Positions 12,503 through 24,529 of a DNA stretch of 64,000 bases are shown here, one piece after another (position 1 is the stretch's first letter; each line of letters starts with the position of its first letter). This stretch comes from Squalus acanthias (taxonomy: Eukaryota). Made by a program: the position numbers and the translations under genes. The stretch covers positions 81,842,001-81,906,000 of the forward strand of contig CM059432.1 in assembly GCA_030390025.1 (NCBI GenBank), in the 5' to 3' direction. The notes under the pieces are model-generated. The model made no database searches, was not told where the DNA came from, and saw only the letters and a program-made list of their open reading frames with translations.

Positions 12503-13919
12503 CAAATGTTTAATGTAATTTAGGATTAACAGTGGTCCCAGCACTGATCCTTGTGGAACACCGCGTTTCTACCTTCCTCCAGTCTGAATGACTACATTTT
12601 TTCCCTAATCTCTGTTTTCCAACTTTTAGCCAATTTGTATCCATTCAGCTATTTGTCCCCTGACTCCACATGCTCTAACCTTTATCATGAGCCTACCGTG
12701 TGTTACCTTATCTAAGGCCTTTGCAATTAGAGAGTAATGAATGTCTCCACTAAAAATCAATTACAATAGGAGGATCAGGCAACCAGCCATCTCCCCTAAA
12801 AGTAAGGTAAACGTTACAATCTATTATGTTAGATTCACAGGCGTAAAGTGAACGTAGCTGGTTTAAAAAAAATGGGCAGAATTCTGTTACACCACATTTC
12901 TACACATGTAGAACTCCAACAATTTTACATTCAGGTTTTGTACTGGTGGAGAAGCACCCCAACCAGGAATTGAACTTGGGAGTTTCTAATACCACACCAG
13001 ATGGTGCATTGACCCACTAAAGGCATGAGTGAGTATTTACTTATATGATAGCTCTTCAGATTAGTTAAACAGTTCAGTGATATGTGCCTATTTCTATTGT
13101 GCAGAATCTGCCCCATTGATGTGATTTGACAACATGAACTGAGCATATGTGAATCTTGCACTGTGCAGTTAATGAAAAGTTGCATTAGTAATTTTTTGGA
13201 TTTGGCTGCAGACTTGATATTTTCACTCAGAAAGCAGATTTATCCGAAAGAAAAATCTAATATACCATGTAAATCTGATTGAAAGGTCAACTAACAATAT
13301 TTAGTACACAGTTCGGGCAATACTACTTCAAGAGATTACCATTTCAGATCTCCTAAGCATGGGGATATTTTCAAAAGTTGATTAGAAGGATAGGAAGGCA
13401 TTGTATATCCTGGTATATGGTAGGCCGAAGCAGAATACAGTCGCTGACTCAAAGTTGCAAGACAAAGGAATTATAATGAATGAAAAGTGCAAATTCTTAA
13501 AGCCTTTTGTGAAGTTCTTAGGACACATGACAGACTCATCCGGAGCTAAGGCCAACCCTGCCAAGGTCCAGGTAATCACTGACATGCTTCCTGCAGTGAA
13601 GTTTGACAATTCCTAGGTATGCTGAAGCTGCCTATGAAAGTTCACACTATACCTAACAGTATTACTGAGGGATCTGCTGCATAAACACAATGCCTGGGAT
13701 TGGAGTGGTGCTTAGCAGCAAGTATGGGGAAAATTAAAAAAATTGACTGAGCAATTCACTCACCCTGTCAGTCGGTGCTTCACACTTATGGCTTTGGTAT
13801 TGTATTGTATTATTATGGAAATCACAGAAAATACACTGGTAGGTTATGATTCAAGAGCAATGGGCAACATAGAACATAAGAGAATTGAACTAAACTGAAC
13901 TGAATCGAATCTTTTACCA

Positions 13920-14225
13920 TAACAACAACAACTTGCATTTACAACAACAACTTGCATTTATATAGCACCTTTAACATAGTAAAATGTCCCAAGATGCTTC
14001 ACAGGAGCATTATCAAACAAAATTTGTCACCACATAAGATATTAGGACAGCTGACCAAAAGCTTGGCCAAAGAGGTAGGCTTTAAGGAACATCTTAAAGG
14101 AGGAGAGCGAAGTGGAGACATTTTAGGGAGGGAATTCCAGAGCTTAGGGCCTAGGCAGCTGAAAGCATAGCTGCCAATGGTGGAGCAATGAAAATCAGGG
14201 ATGAGCAAGAGGCCAGAATTGGAGG
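13920..14225 (-). mobile_element. L2 LINE 3' end
   Basis: (AAC)n tail. The minus strand reads AFSCLGPKLWNSLP. Homologous to 61100-61345. Confidence 0.85.
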
Positions 14226-14253
14226 AGGATATAACATATGAAAGATTCAACAA

Positions 14254-14568
14254 CCATTCCACCATTATCCTTGCTGCTGCCTGTCAGCCAGCCAGCCCAG
14301 ACTGCTGCTGCCCAGGCCGAGGTGGTGCAGTCTACAGTCAGGCCTTCTAGGTCCACAACTGGTCGAGGTCATCCTGCAAGGCCATCTGAAATCTTCCGCA
14401 TGGAAATTCAGCAGCCTTCCACCAGCCATGCTGCAGCCACTGGGGGAGCTCTGCATAGGAGCACCAGAGTTGGTAAAGGCACACGACTGACAGGCACTAA
14501 GGGATTGCACAAGGGTGATTAGTTGATATTGTAATGTGAATTGAATAGTTATAAATTTATTAATTATG
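14254..14568 (+). repeat. 315-bp copy of Harbinger segment 41797-42111
   Basis: Constant offset of 27543 bp at both ends. The minus-strand 81-aa ORFs at 14265..14510 and 41808..42053 are identical. Confidence 0.92.
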
Positions 14569-14992
14569 GCAACACGGTGGCATAGTGGTTAGCACTGGTG
14601 CCTCACAGCGCCAGAGACCCGGGTTCGAATCTGACCTCGGGTGACTGTCTGTGTGGAGTTTGCACATTCTCCCCGTGTCTGCGTGGGTTTCCTCCGGGTG
14701 CTCCGGTTTCCTCCCACAGTCCAAAAATGTGCGGGTTAGGTTGATTTGGCTATGATAAATTGACCCTTAGTGTTAGGGGGGGATTAAATATGTAGGGTGA
14801 TGGGATATGTTAGGGGGAATTAAATACGTGGGGTTACGGGGGTAGGGTGGGAAATATGTACTGTGGGGATTAAAGCAGGGACAGGGTACTGGATTTGGAT
14901 GATCAGCCATGATCGTATTGAATGGTGGAGCAGGCTCGACGGGCCGAATGGCCTACTCCTGCTCCTAGATTCTATGTTTCTATGTTTCTATG
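14569..14992 (+). mobile_element. tRNA-derived V-SINE (HE1-like) with CR1-derived 3' tail
   Basis: A box (ggtggcatagtgg), B box (gggttcgaatc), V-domain gtggagtttgcacattctccccgtgtctgcgtgggtttcctccggg, and a CR1 tail ending in (TTTCTATG)n. Confidence 0.88.
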
Positions 14993-16045
14993 CTATTGAG
15001 AAGATTTCCACATTGAGACTGATCACAAGCCATACATATCATTACTGGGATCTAAAAACATGGATGAATTGCCATTGCAATCAGAGATTTTTCTTAAGCC
15101 ATATAACATTTTGATATACAATTTCTCATGTGCCAGGAAAGTATCTGACAGCAGCTATACTCCATCATGAGCTATAGTATTGGGCACAACAGAAACCGTT
15201 CAGAGTTTCCCAGAAGATATGGATGCTTAAGTAAACTTTATATCCAGATCTACCAATGAGTGAAAACTGCCTGTGTGGAATAATGACTCAGCTACAGCAT
15301 AATTAAATACATAGTCTGATGATGGAATACAGTATGACAAGTTAAAAAAGAGAGTAGAGGGCAGTACTGGCCTGTAAAAAATGAATATTGCTGCAAGAAT
15401 GATTGCTCTCAAGAGACATTCATCGAGTGATTCCTACATTGATATGACCTGGAACCCAAACCTGACATACACACTGGATATCAATGCATCAGGTTATGTA
15501 AAAAGCATGCTCAAGGGGCAATATGTAGTCTTGATTAAGTAAATAACTCAAAGAAATTGTTCAGAATTATCTGAAGTGTTCCAAGAAAATGACAAATCTA
15601 GTCAAACCCATGAGACAATCTTCACTGCCTGAGTGACCCTGGCAGAAAGTCAGGACAGCTCTATTCAACTGGACAGGTAACAATTACTGCTTGGTTGTAG
15701 CGTATTTCTTGCATTTCATAAGGATAGTTTAGCTGACTTGCACCAAGTGACATACAAGAGATTGTGGAACATCTGAAATCACTATTTCCACATCATAGAA
15801 TACGAGAACAGGTAATTTCAGATAATGGATGACAATTTTTCATTCTAAATTAATGTATCTGGAAAGCCATATGGATTTATTCACATTCTGAACTGTCACA
15901 AACATCCCCAAAGTAATAGTGAGGTAGAGAGAACAGTACAAACTAGAAAGAGGCTGCCCAGGGCATCAAAGATCCACAGTTAGGTATCCTTATGTATTGT
16001 AACACCCCACGAGCAAATGCATAGCCCCCTGGTATACATTCAATG

Positions 16046-16245
16046 GAGAGGTCGCACAACACCAGGTTATAGTCCAACAGTTTTATTTTAAATCACAAGC
16101 TTTCGGAGTTACAACTCCTTCGTCGACGAAGGAGTTGTAACTCCGAAAGCTTGTGATTTAAAATAAAACTGTTGGACTATAACCTGGTGTTGTGCGACCT
16201 CTCAATTTTGTCCACCCCAGTCCAACACCGGCATCTCCGCATCAC
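16046..16245. mobile_element. Penelope-type terminal-repeat insertion in inverted configuration (158-bp perfect palindrome)
   Basis: 16046-16124 is the exact reverse complement of 16125-16203, followed by the terminus ...ggcatctccgcatc. TSD atacattcaatgga lies at 16034-16047 and 16246-16259. Confidence 0.9.
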
Positions 16246-16917
16246 ATACATTCAATGGACAGGCAATTAAGAACCACCCTACCAGTGCTTGCAGGAAACT
16301 TCAGCCTGAAATTGTCGGCATACCCAGATTCAGAGAAAGGGAGGAAGCATGTAACACACAACAATTCATGACATAGAGGGAGGGAACTGCAAGAAAGAAC
16401 ACTGTGCATCAAGTCTGGATAGTAGCCACAAGAAACAAAGCTGCTGGGAAAATGTGGCATTCACACCTTGATCATGCATTACTCAGACACTCAATGGTTC
16501 AGACAGTCATCTTGTGCCTATGGCAAAACCACTAAAGGCTGATGTGACGGGAAGCTCTTACACATCTGATTTGGTACCAAAACTCAATGTAAAGAGGCAC
16601 AGAGCTCGACTGAGTCCAGCAGAGTATTGCCACCCAATGAGAATGAAGTATCCACACTCCTTCTGTAAGCCTGTACCACCAAATAGACCAGACCTTTAAT
16701 AATAGTCATTTCCAATGTGGGTTTAGAATGTATGATCACAAAATGTAAGGATATATATGAAGTATAGAGATAATTTTATGAATTGGTGCTCCTGGCACGG
16801 ACCTCGCCCACCAGAGTCATATATCAGGAATTTGGTTGTGTCTTCTCATGATATTCCAGCAATTAAATTTAAGGAGTGGAAAATCATAGATAAAGTGCAC
16901 ATGAAGTCTGATCTATG

Positions 16918-17750
16918 GGGTGCGATTTTGTGAATGGGGGCGCGTTGGAGGCGGGACTGCTGCTTGTCGGGTCGATGTCCTGCCTCCATTGATTTGTGGC
17001 CAACCCACGCTATTTTCCCTTGATTGACCTTGTTAAGCCTGCCCAGCGGGCTTAGCAGGCCAATCAAGGGAAAGCCGGTTGCAGAGCATGTCAACGTATG
17101 ACATTTCATCTGTCAAAAATTTTTGACAGATGAATTGTCATCGTTTGACAGCTCTGTGAAGCTGTCAAACAGTGACATTCTCTGCAGTTTGATGAGGTCT
17201 TGCATACAAGACCTCATCAACCTTCTTTCTTTTACAGAAATGAGATGTTTGTTGCATCTGAGAATGCAACGGCCATCTCTCATCTGCAACACGGAGGTGC
17301 AAGACTCTCCACATACAAACCGACTGAAGCCTGCAGGAAGAAACAAAGGTAAGTACACTTTTAAAAACACTTTGCACTTACCTCAGATACTCACCTCTAC
17401 ACTCTTGCACCCATCACTTACCTTCACAGCACACTTTTGCACCCCCGCAGACCCAGTACTCGCTGAGCTGAGCTGGAGGGTTTTGGAGCCTTCGGGAAGC
17501 CCGCACTTGTGAGGGCAAAAAGGGGATAATCCTATTTTCTGCCTGTTAACTACCTGTTAACAGGCAGTTAATGGGCTTCAATCCCTTCCCGTCTACAAGG
17601 AGACAGGACCCAACACGGGACAGCTACCCGCCTCCTGTGAAGATGGCATGGAGGCGGGTTGGGGCGGGTTTGGCACCCACCCCCAAATTCTGCCATTTTC
17701 CCGGCAGTCCCGCCTCCATACCCACCTCCCCAGGGCTGGCAAGATTGTCT
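16918..17750. mobile_element. Non-autonomous Harbinger-type MITE(s), degenerate
   Basis: Starts ggggtgcgattttg. GC-rich subterminal motifs and an internal hairpin at 17089-17150. Confidence 0.45.
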
Positions 17751-17947
17751 CAGTGGGCGAGGTTCCACTCTGGGAGCACAATTATCCATTTTAAGCTACC
17801 TTTGAAATAAAAAAGCAAAATACTGTGGATGCTAGAAATCTGAAATAAAAACAGAAAATGCTGCAAATACTCAGCAGGTCATGCAGCATCTGTGGAGAGA
17901 GAAATTGTTTCAGGTCGATGACTTTTCATCTTATTTTGTTAGAAATA

Positions 17948-18185
17948 AAGAGCAGGAGAGTTATCCCCGGTGTCCTGGCCAATATTTATCCCTCAATCAA
18001 CAACACTAAAACAGAGTATCTGGTAACTATCACATTGCGTTTGTGGGAGCTTGCTGTGCGCAAATTGGCTGCACGTTTCCTACATTACAACAGTGACTAC
18101 ACTTCACAAAGGACTTCATTGGCTGTAAAGCACTATGGGATGTCCGGTGGTCATGAAAAGCGCTATATAAATGCAAGTCTTTCTT
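17948..18185 (+). mobile_element. Deu-domain SINE (SacSINE1-like), 3' half
   Basis: gagttatccccggtgtcctggccaatatt...gctatataaatgcaagtctttcttt, shared with 27610-28050. Confidence 0.8.
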
Positions 18186-18189
18186 TGTC

Positions 18190-18415
18190 TCCATAAATTT
18201 AAAGACCTCTATCAGGTCACCTCTCAGTCTTTTTTCTAGAGAAAAGAGCCCCAGGCTGTTCAGTCTTTCTTGATCGTTGTACTCTCTCGGTTCTGGTATC
18301 ATCCTTGTAAATCTTTTTTGCACTATCTCCAGTGTTACTATATCCTTTTTGTAACATGGAAAGCAGAACTGTACGCAGTATTCTAAGTGTGGTCTAACCA
18401 TGGTTCTGTATAAGT
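18190..18415 (-). mobile_element. CR1 fragment
   Basis: Minus ORF reads VRPHLEYCVQF...LFSLEKRLRGDLIEVFK. Confidence 0.85.
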
Positions 18416-18789
18416 GAATAGATTTTTTAATTCTTTCAGATAAAGGAAGTAAAATATAGGGTTATCCAGGATTCATATTGTAATTACGCTATAACAAGGG
18501 ACACTGAGGTTGAGGGAGATGCCCACTTCAAACAGAAGGGAGTGCGGAGTTGACAGACATGGTGCTGCATGGGGAGTGTTCTAGGCATTGTGTTATTAAA
18601 TCTAGTTTCTTCGAATTCAATAAAAACAACCATTGAGCTATGTATAACAGGGGTATAGGTCTCAGATTCCTTACTACCACATTTATACTGGGAATGGAAT
18701 TTGGTGATCTGGATCACTTCCAGTTGGGTCCCAGATCAATCAGTTTTTTTGAAATGTCTCCATTCTCCTGAGGATAGTAGCTCATATTG

Positions 18790-19120
18790 GGTACTGTTCC
18801 ACCAGTGCTAGCAGTGCTCTGCTACCTCACCGAAAAGACCATTCTGCACCTGTGGGCACTGGGGAGCTAACTGTCCAAGAGTCATCTCAGCCGAACCTCA
18901 TCCTGTCCTCGTCTAATGGCCTTTCCGGTGAGGTCAGTGGATTGGTGGATGACAGTCAGCAGCAGGGACCTTGGCTGATTTTTCCCGGTATTAGCTTTGA
19001 GGCATTGAGGCCATCCTCCCATTGGCTGAGATCAGGTAACTCTGCACAGGGGTCTAGCCTGGCACCCTCCTAGTCTTTACAGCTCAGTAAACTACACCTG
19101 TGTATTTACCCACTGAGCCA
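18790..19120 (-). mobile_element. Old tRNA-derived SINE (related copies ~39050-39310 and ~62538-62900)
   Basis: Minus-strand head tggctcagtgggtaaat and a shared gagtta(g/c)ctgatctcagcc motif with the 62538 copy. Confidence 0.5.
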
Positions 19121-19484
19121 TGAGAACACCCTTCTGCTTTTCTTTTCTGTAGTTGACATGATTTGATATTAATGCAAACCCGCAACAAATATGACCATAC
19201 AGCTGCCCCCTGAATGTGGTATCAATGACAGTGAAGTACTGAAGAATTTGTAGCAGGATCTTACTACAGTGAGGTTACAAACCTTTTGTGAGAATGTCAG
19301 CCTTGGGGATTTCAGTAGCCTGTAGTAATGGAAGTCACAGTTTAGTTAATGAGACTGAAAGTACCTATGAACTGGGGATGCAAAGGGTTTCAGCACTTTG
19401 AAGTCTGTGGTTATTATTGTGGTTCACAGGTCATAGTATGAGACCAAAAAAAAATCAGGTATTTAGTAAATTGTTGACTAGAAC

Positions 19485-19599
19485 CAACGTTCCCGACGTC
19501 CCGCGCAGGCCGCTCACCGGCTTTTACTTGGAAGAAACCGCGCATGTGCGAAAATTTGAAAGGAACGGCACACAAAAAAATAAATTAGAGGGAACATTG
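19485..19599. mobile_element. Small hAT-like MITE
   Basis: TIRs caacgttccc / gggaacattg. Degenerate 8-bp flanks actagaac / cctgcaac. Confidence 0.5.
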
Positions 19600-20570
19600 C
19601 CTGCAACCATGTTTTAGTTTTACCAATTTTTTGCAAATCTTCATTATTGTACCAAAAAGGAGTTGAAACTGACAAATTCCTAATGACATACACTTGGTGA
19701 ATCTAAATTCCAGTATGATTTTAATCTCTGCCTGTAGTGGGTCAGTTTTTATTTTATCACAGTACCTCTAAGCATAATTGATTCGCAGCAGTTTACAGCA
19801 TCAGAGATCAGAGTAACCTGGGACCCACCATTGTACCTGACAGAACTGATTCCAGGTCCACTGAGTTTCAGATGCTTTAAAAACAAACTGTGAAATGAGA
19901 GAAGGAATCCCAGGGGTCCGGCCATTTGGTGGAAGCTTTCTGTTGATATTAAATAGGGGAAGCACATGGGTCGTCATCTGTTTTTACAAGTGGAAACTAG
20001 GCCTTCATCTGTTTGTACAAGTGAAAGGTGGTTTCAAATAACTAGCCTGTCGCTGGCTGGGAACAGCTATTCATTGTGGAGAAATAAAAAGCCACCACAG
20101 AAATGTTGCTAAACTGAATCCATTTATTTCTTATTCAGGTTCTTATTTCTACCGTCAAATCAAAATTCTTGATATCAAAAATCCTTACAAATTAATACTG
20201 ACAATTGCTTCAGCGACCAAATAAACATTTTGGTTCATCAGTAATTGTGTCCGTTGTACTGTATTATTAACTTATATGAAAGGATAATTCTTCCAAACAA
20301 AGCTAGAGTCAAAAGGTAGGATTGTCATTGTTTATTCAGGGCTCATGTCATTGCTATGTTGATTGGCTGATTGTATGGGATGTATGATGGACAGAAGAAA
20401 ACCCCCAGATCCAGGATTCCACTTCTGACTAGAAAATCTATATCTATATCTATAGCCATAATGTATTAAAAATCTCACATCTGAGCGCATTTCCTGTCAA
20501 ATACTATGTTCACATTTATAATGGAAACTGTACTATGTAAGCTGTAATTACAATTTTTTCCACCAATGGA

Positions 20571-20650
20571 GCTGCTTATTTTAAAAATTGCTGCATTATG
20601 CTCCTTATTTTAAAAATTGCCCTGTTGTTGCTCCTTATTTTAAAAGTTGA
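20571..20650. repeat. Short tandem repeat, three ~29-bp units
   Basis: gct(g/c)cttattttaaaa(a/g)ttg occurs three times. Confidence 0.75.
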
Positions 20651-21074
20651 ACTTTATTTAGTAACCCTGTTGTGTTTTTTCTTAATACCTCTGGTGTGCT
20701 GCTTTCCTCTGTGCCCCAGTCATGCTGCTTTTGTTCCCACTCAGACCTCAGCTGACTGTGGATTTAGGGGCCTCTGTTTCTTCTGTCTTTTAGGAATATC
20801 AACATGTCTCTTCTGAGATTTTCAAGAACTCTCTTTGCTTCCCTGAGATTTTTCAAAACTGTCTGTTTCATGGGATTTTACAGCAGCCACACTATTAACC
20901 ATAATCGCCCAGAAGAGAGTTATCTGGTTTTTAAAGGCTAGCCACACAATTCCAAAGGAAGTATCCATCAAATAGAAACTGAAGTCTGTATATATGAAAA
21001 TTGTGTGTTAGACTTTCTCTCAAGCCTTTTACTAGGGAGACTATAACAACATGTATCAGGAGAGGCTTGATACA

Positions 21075-21275
21075 AGACTTTGACCTCAGCTGGCTGTTAA
21101 ATTCCCTATGCACAATGATTGATGTTTAAAGGGGCAGCCAGTAAAACCAAAACTGAGACAAGATAGGTGTATTTTTTAAAATGATGTATTTTGTCTAATT
21201 TCTGATTTGGTAATTATTCCAATTAAACTCAGTCATTGTGCATGGGGCATTTAACAGCCAGCTGAGGAAAGTTAT
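21075..21275. mobile_element. Hairpin MITE
   Basis: cctcagctggctgttaaattccctatgcacaatga pairs with tcattgtgcatggggcatttaacagccagctgagg. Confidence 0.65.
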
Positions 21276-21327
21276 TGATGTAAGCTCCTTCACTTCCTGC
21301 TCAGTGTCCTCTCTCTGTCCTCTCATC

Positions 21328-21776
21328 CGTCTTTCGGATGAGACGTTAAACCGAGGTCCCGCCTGCCCTCTCAGGTGGATGTAAAAGATCCCATGGCACT
21401 ATTTCTAAGAAGAGCAGGGGAGTTATCCCCAGTGTCCTGGTGCCCTGCCTCATGCTGGGTTCCGTGGGCACTACAGGCCTCGAGTATGTTGCTCAAGTGG
21501 CCATTCTTCCTGCGTGGACTGGAAGATGATGATGAGAATTATGTCAACACCATTGTAAACTATATAGTGCTCCTCATGTAAAGGGCTGTGGACGCTGAGT
21601 TGTTGAGTATATTCAAGGCAGAGATAGATTTTTGACTCTAGGAGAATCAAGGGATATGGAGATCGGGCGGGAAAGTGGAGTTGAGGTCGAAGATCAGCCA
21701 TGATCTTATTGAATGGCGGAGCAGGCTCGAGGGGCCGTATGGTCTATTCCTGCTCCTAATTCTTATGTTCTTATGA
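21328..21776 (+). mobile_element. Deu-SINE fragment (21328-21440) and CR1 3' tail (21580-21776)
   Basis: gatgagacgttaaaccgagg...gatcccatggcac, then a CR1 3' UTR ending in ttcttatgttcttatg. Confidence 0.75.
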
Positions 21777-22744
21777 TAGTAGTCTGGACTCCCAGGGGAG
21801 CCACATAACTACTGATTGTGGAGCAGGTAAGCCTGCTCTGACCAGCCATTCCTCCTTGAACCATATGCCTCTTTAAGGCCCTGTGTGTGAGAACTACCAA
21901 TGTAGGGAGTCCCTGCCGTCCCCTCCCCCCCTTGTTAGGGGTGGGCAGAGGTTCCACACTCACATGGCAATCCAGATACCTCAAGGCCGGGACTTACTGT
22001 ATCCAGGGTCCCATCCTACATTCCTGCATTTCCAGCAGAATCCTGCCCAAGTTACAGCAGGACTATGCCAGAACAGCCATGAATTTATGAAGTACTAGGT
22101 TTTAAATTTAGAAAAAATAGGGAGAAATTTAGAATTCAGAATAAAAAAATATTAGTTAGAAAATTGTAAATGAAAAAAACAGAGAAAGTAAAGTAAGGAA
22201 AAGGAGCAGAGGATGAGCACAGGCAAAATCTTCAGTTTTTTATGTGGAATTGTGTTTTGGGTATTTAATTTTGTAAGTTAATTATGCAATTTAGTTTTAA
22301 GATTACAGTAATAAAGCTATTCCTCGTATTTGAGCAACTTTAATAATGTAATATTGGTATTTTTTTAATTAAGGTGAAAAAAATCTAGTGGGGAGACAGA
22401 TATTCCTTAAACCTACTCTACGTCTAAGGGCTAAAAGAATACTTAACAAAACCTTAAATTAAATCCAAGCATAATAGCAATATATATTTACAATGTGAAG
22501 TCCAATAAATGTAAACACATCTGCACACAAATAACTCATCCTGTAACCTTACTGTCAATTCAGTGAGAGAGAGCAGTTCATAGAATTCGGACATATGGCA
22601 CTTAAATTGCCTGCAACAGATGGTACATTCAAAGTGTTCCCATCTAATAAGTGCAATATCGCCTCATTACCACAACATTATCGAAGTTCTTTCAATCATG
22701 TAAAAGAATGTTACAAGTCATTAACTTTTGCATTCATACTGTTA

Positions 22745-22977
22745 AATTACTTTGTTTAATGTCCATGGGTAATATTAATGAATCTCTACAGGACTTCAGT
22801 CATTAGTTCAAACATAGAAATATAGCCTTTGTGGAACCCTGCAGCGCTGCAATGTGATCCATTCCATTCCAGCACTCAGTATGAGGACAGGGCTGATAAC
22901 ATAATCCACATCTTGTAGGAGGTTTGCATTCCATCCACTGCTGTCAGTCTAGTTCAGTACAGGAGCTGGAGTCTAAT
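22745..22977. repeat. Copy 1 of a locally duplicated conserved unit; contains 43-codon minus ORF 22803-22934
   Basis: Aligns with 24530-24770 and shares an identical 37-bp block gctgtcagtctagttcagtacaggagctggagtctaa. Confidence 0.85.
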
Positions 22978-23212
22978 CGTATTCAACAGGTTTTAGAATG
23001 TGAAATTCTAGTTTCTGTGAAATGAGGCAATACTGAGACCAGTACAAGAAAATTTAAATCTAAATGCCATTAAAATTATGATTTCAGAAATTAAAATAAA
23101 GGCTCCCACGTTTACATTGCTAAAAGCAGCTCCCATATCCTGATGACAGAATCATAGACCCACAAAATTGAGTGCACTTGCTCTGTTTGTGAAAATCCAG
23201 TTAATATACAGT

Positions 23213-23398
23213 GGGGTAGATTTTGATTTTGTGTGATAGTGTAAAACAAGTGATCCCAAATCGGCAGCCCACTTTACATCTCTCCCGATTTTTATTTCCA
23301 TTGAAGTTAACGGAATTAAAAATTGGGAGGGATGTAAAACGGGCTGCCAATTCGTTATCACTTGTTTTACGCTATCGCACAAAGTCAAAATCTACCCC
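23213..23398. mobile_element. 186-bp fold-back (whole-length hairpin) Harbinger-type MITE
   Basis: ggggtagattttga... pairs with ...tcaaaatctacccc along its whole length. 3-bp TSD agt. Confidence 0.85.
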
Positions 23399-23649
23399 AG
23401 TGTGTTTGCCTTGAAGCAATATACACTAGGCCAAATACAATTGCAATTCATAGACTAGATCATCATTTCACATTTCAGTAAGCAGGTATAAAGGAAAGCC
23501 TGAACATAGCACAAAATTATAAGCCAAAAATGATAGGTGACATTATGTTGTTATTTCACAGACGAGGGAAAGCACAGACCTATCATACAACACTGTGCCA
23601 TTCCAGCTTTAGTTTATCAATTCTACACAATGTAAAATTAAATTTAAGA

Positions 23650-24430
23650 ATGTTGATCTTGTACAAGACTTTAATTAGGCCACAGACATCCCAGTATAGG
23701 AAGGATATGTGCAAGTCTCAAGTCTCTAACTTCTCAAGTCTCTCTTCATCACTGTAGCCCCTCATCCCTGGTCGTATCATAATGAATATACACTATACCT
23801 TTTTCATTACTTTTATATCCTTCCTATAATGGGATTCCCAGAACTGCACACAATATTCCAATTGCATTCAAACTAAGGTCTTGTACAAGTTCAACCTCCT
23901 ATCTTTTGTATTTTAAGCTCCTAGGTACAAAACCAAGTATTCATTTTTGGCTTTTTTTATGGCCTATCGACTTGTGCTATCACTTTTAATGACATATCAA
24001 GGCCCCTTTGCTTCTTTACTCTGTTCAAAATCTTACAAGTGTATTTTAATTATTCTTATTACTTCCAAAATGTATTACTTCACATTTATCTACATTTAAC
24101 TGTATCTGCCACCAATCTGCCCTTCCAGGTAGCCTTCTGTAGTCTTTTACAATCCTCATCACAATTTGTCATACCACCAATTTGGATTATCAGCAAATTT
24201 TGATATTGTTTTTTCAATGTCTAAATTCAGATATTTTATGTATCTAGTAAATAAGAGCAGCCAAAACATGTGAAACACACCACTCACCACATCTTTCCAG
24301 TCTAAGAAACTGTCTGTTACCCCTATCCTTTGCTTTCTAGCCTCCAACCATCTCTCAATCCATGTCACCACATTCCCCTTAATTCCAAGTGCCATTATCT
24401 TTGCCATAAGTCTTTTATGTAGTATCTTAT
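23650..24430 (-). mobile_element. Old CR1 RT fragment
   Basis: Minus ORF reads WIERWLEARKQRI...TISKFAD. Confidence 0.75.
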
Positions 24431-24529
24431 AAAATTTTATGTGATATGGGGCAGAAATAATGAATAAAAAGTAACGAAAATAGCAGCAAAGGGGTCATTT
24501 ATCTTATTGTCTGCCTATCTCTATGTATA

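Larger units (their letters stand above)
7105..12725 (-). mobile_element. CR1 LINE (minus strand), split into pieces 7105-7330, 9101-9389, 9571-9816, 10172-10358, 12503-12725 by nested insertions
   Basis: Minus ORFs give GFISRGLEFKSSEVMLNLYRTLVRPHLEYC and FPLVGESKTRGHKYKI. The pieces rejoin across TSDs. Confidence 0.85.
13140..16700 (+). mobile_element. Highly degenerate Ty3/Gypsy pol (RT, RNase H, integrase), interrupted by younger insertions
   Basis: FGQYYFKRLPF (~13312), KCKF....VKFLGH (13480-13530), HIETDHKP (~15010), PWQKV (~15638), SDNG (~15820), HPQSN (~15903) and a terminal PPNRPDL* (~16699). No LTRs recognised. Confidence 0.75.

Noticed and set aside
17805..17935. Hammerhead-like remnant (minus-strand gatga..aagtc/gacct..gaaac) in a second Penelope-type terminal repeat
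   Set aside because: The CUGA core and helix I are disrupted, so it is not called as a ribozyme.
19763..19893. Exon-like frame after a tttatcacAG acceptor reading ...FTASEIRVTWDPP..., resembling the start of a fibronectin type III domain
   Set aside because: It hits a stop after 43 codons, has no good donor, lacks downstream FN3 motifs and has no partner exons.
22830..22860. Minus-strand ATCACATTGC matching the 5' end of miR-23 in both duplicated units
   Set aside because: The match stops after 10 nt and no precursor hairpin arm is present.
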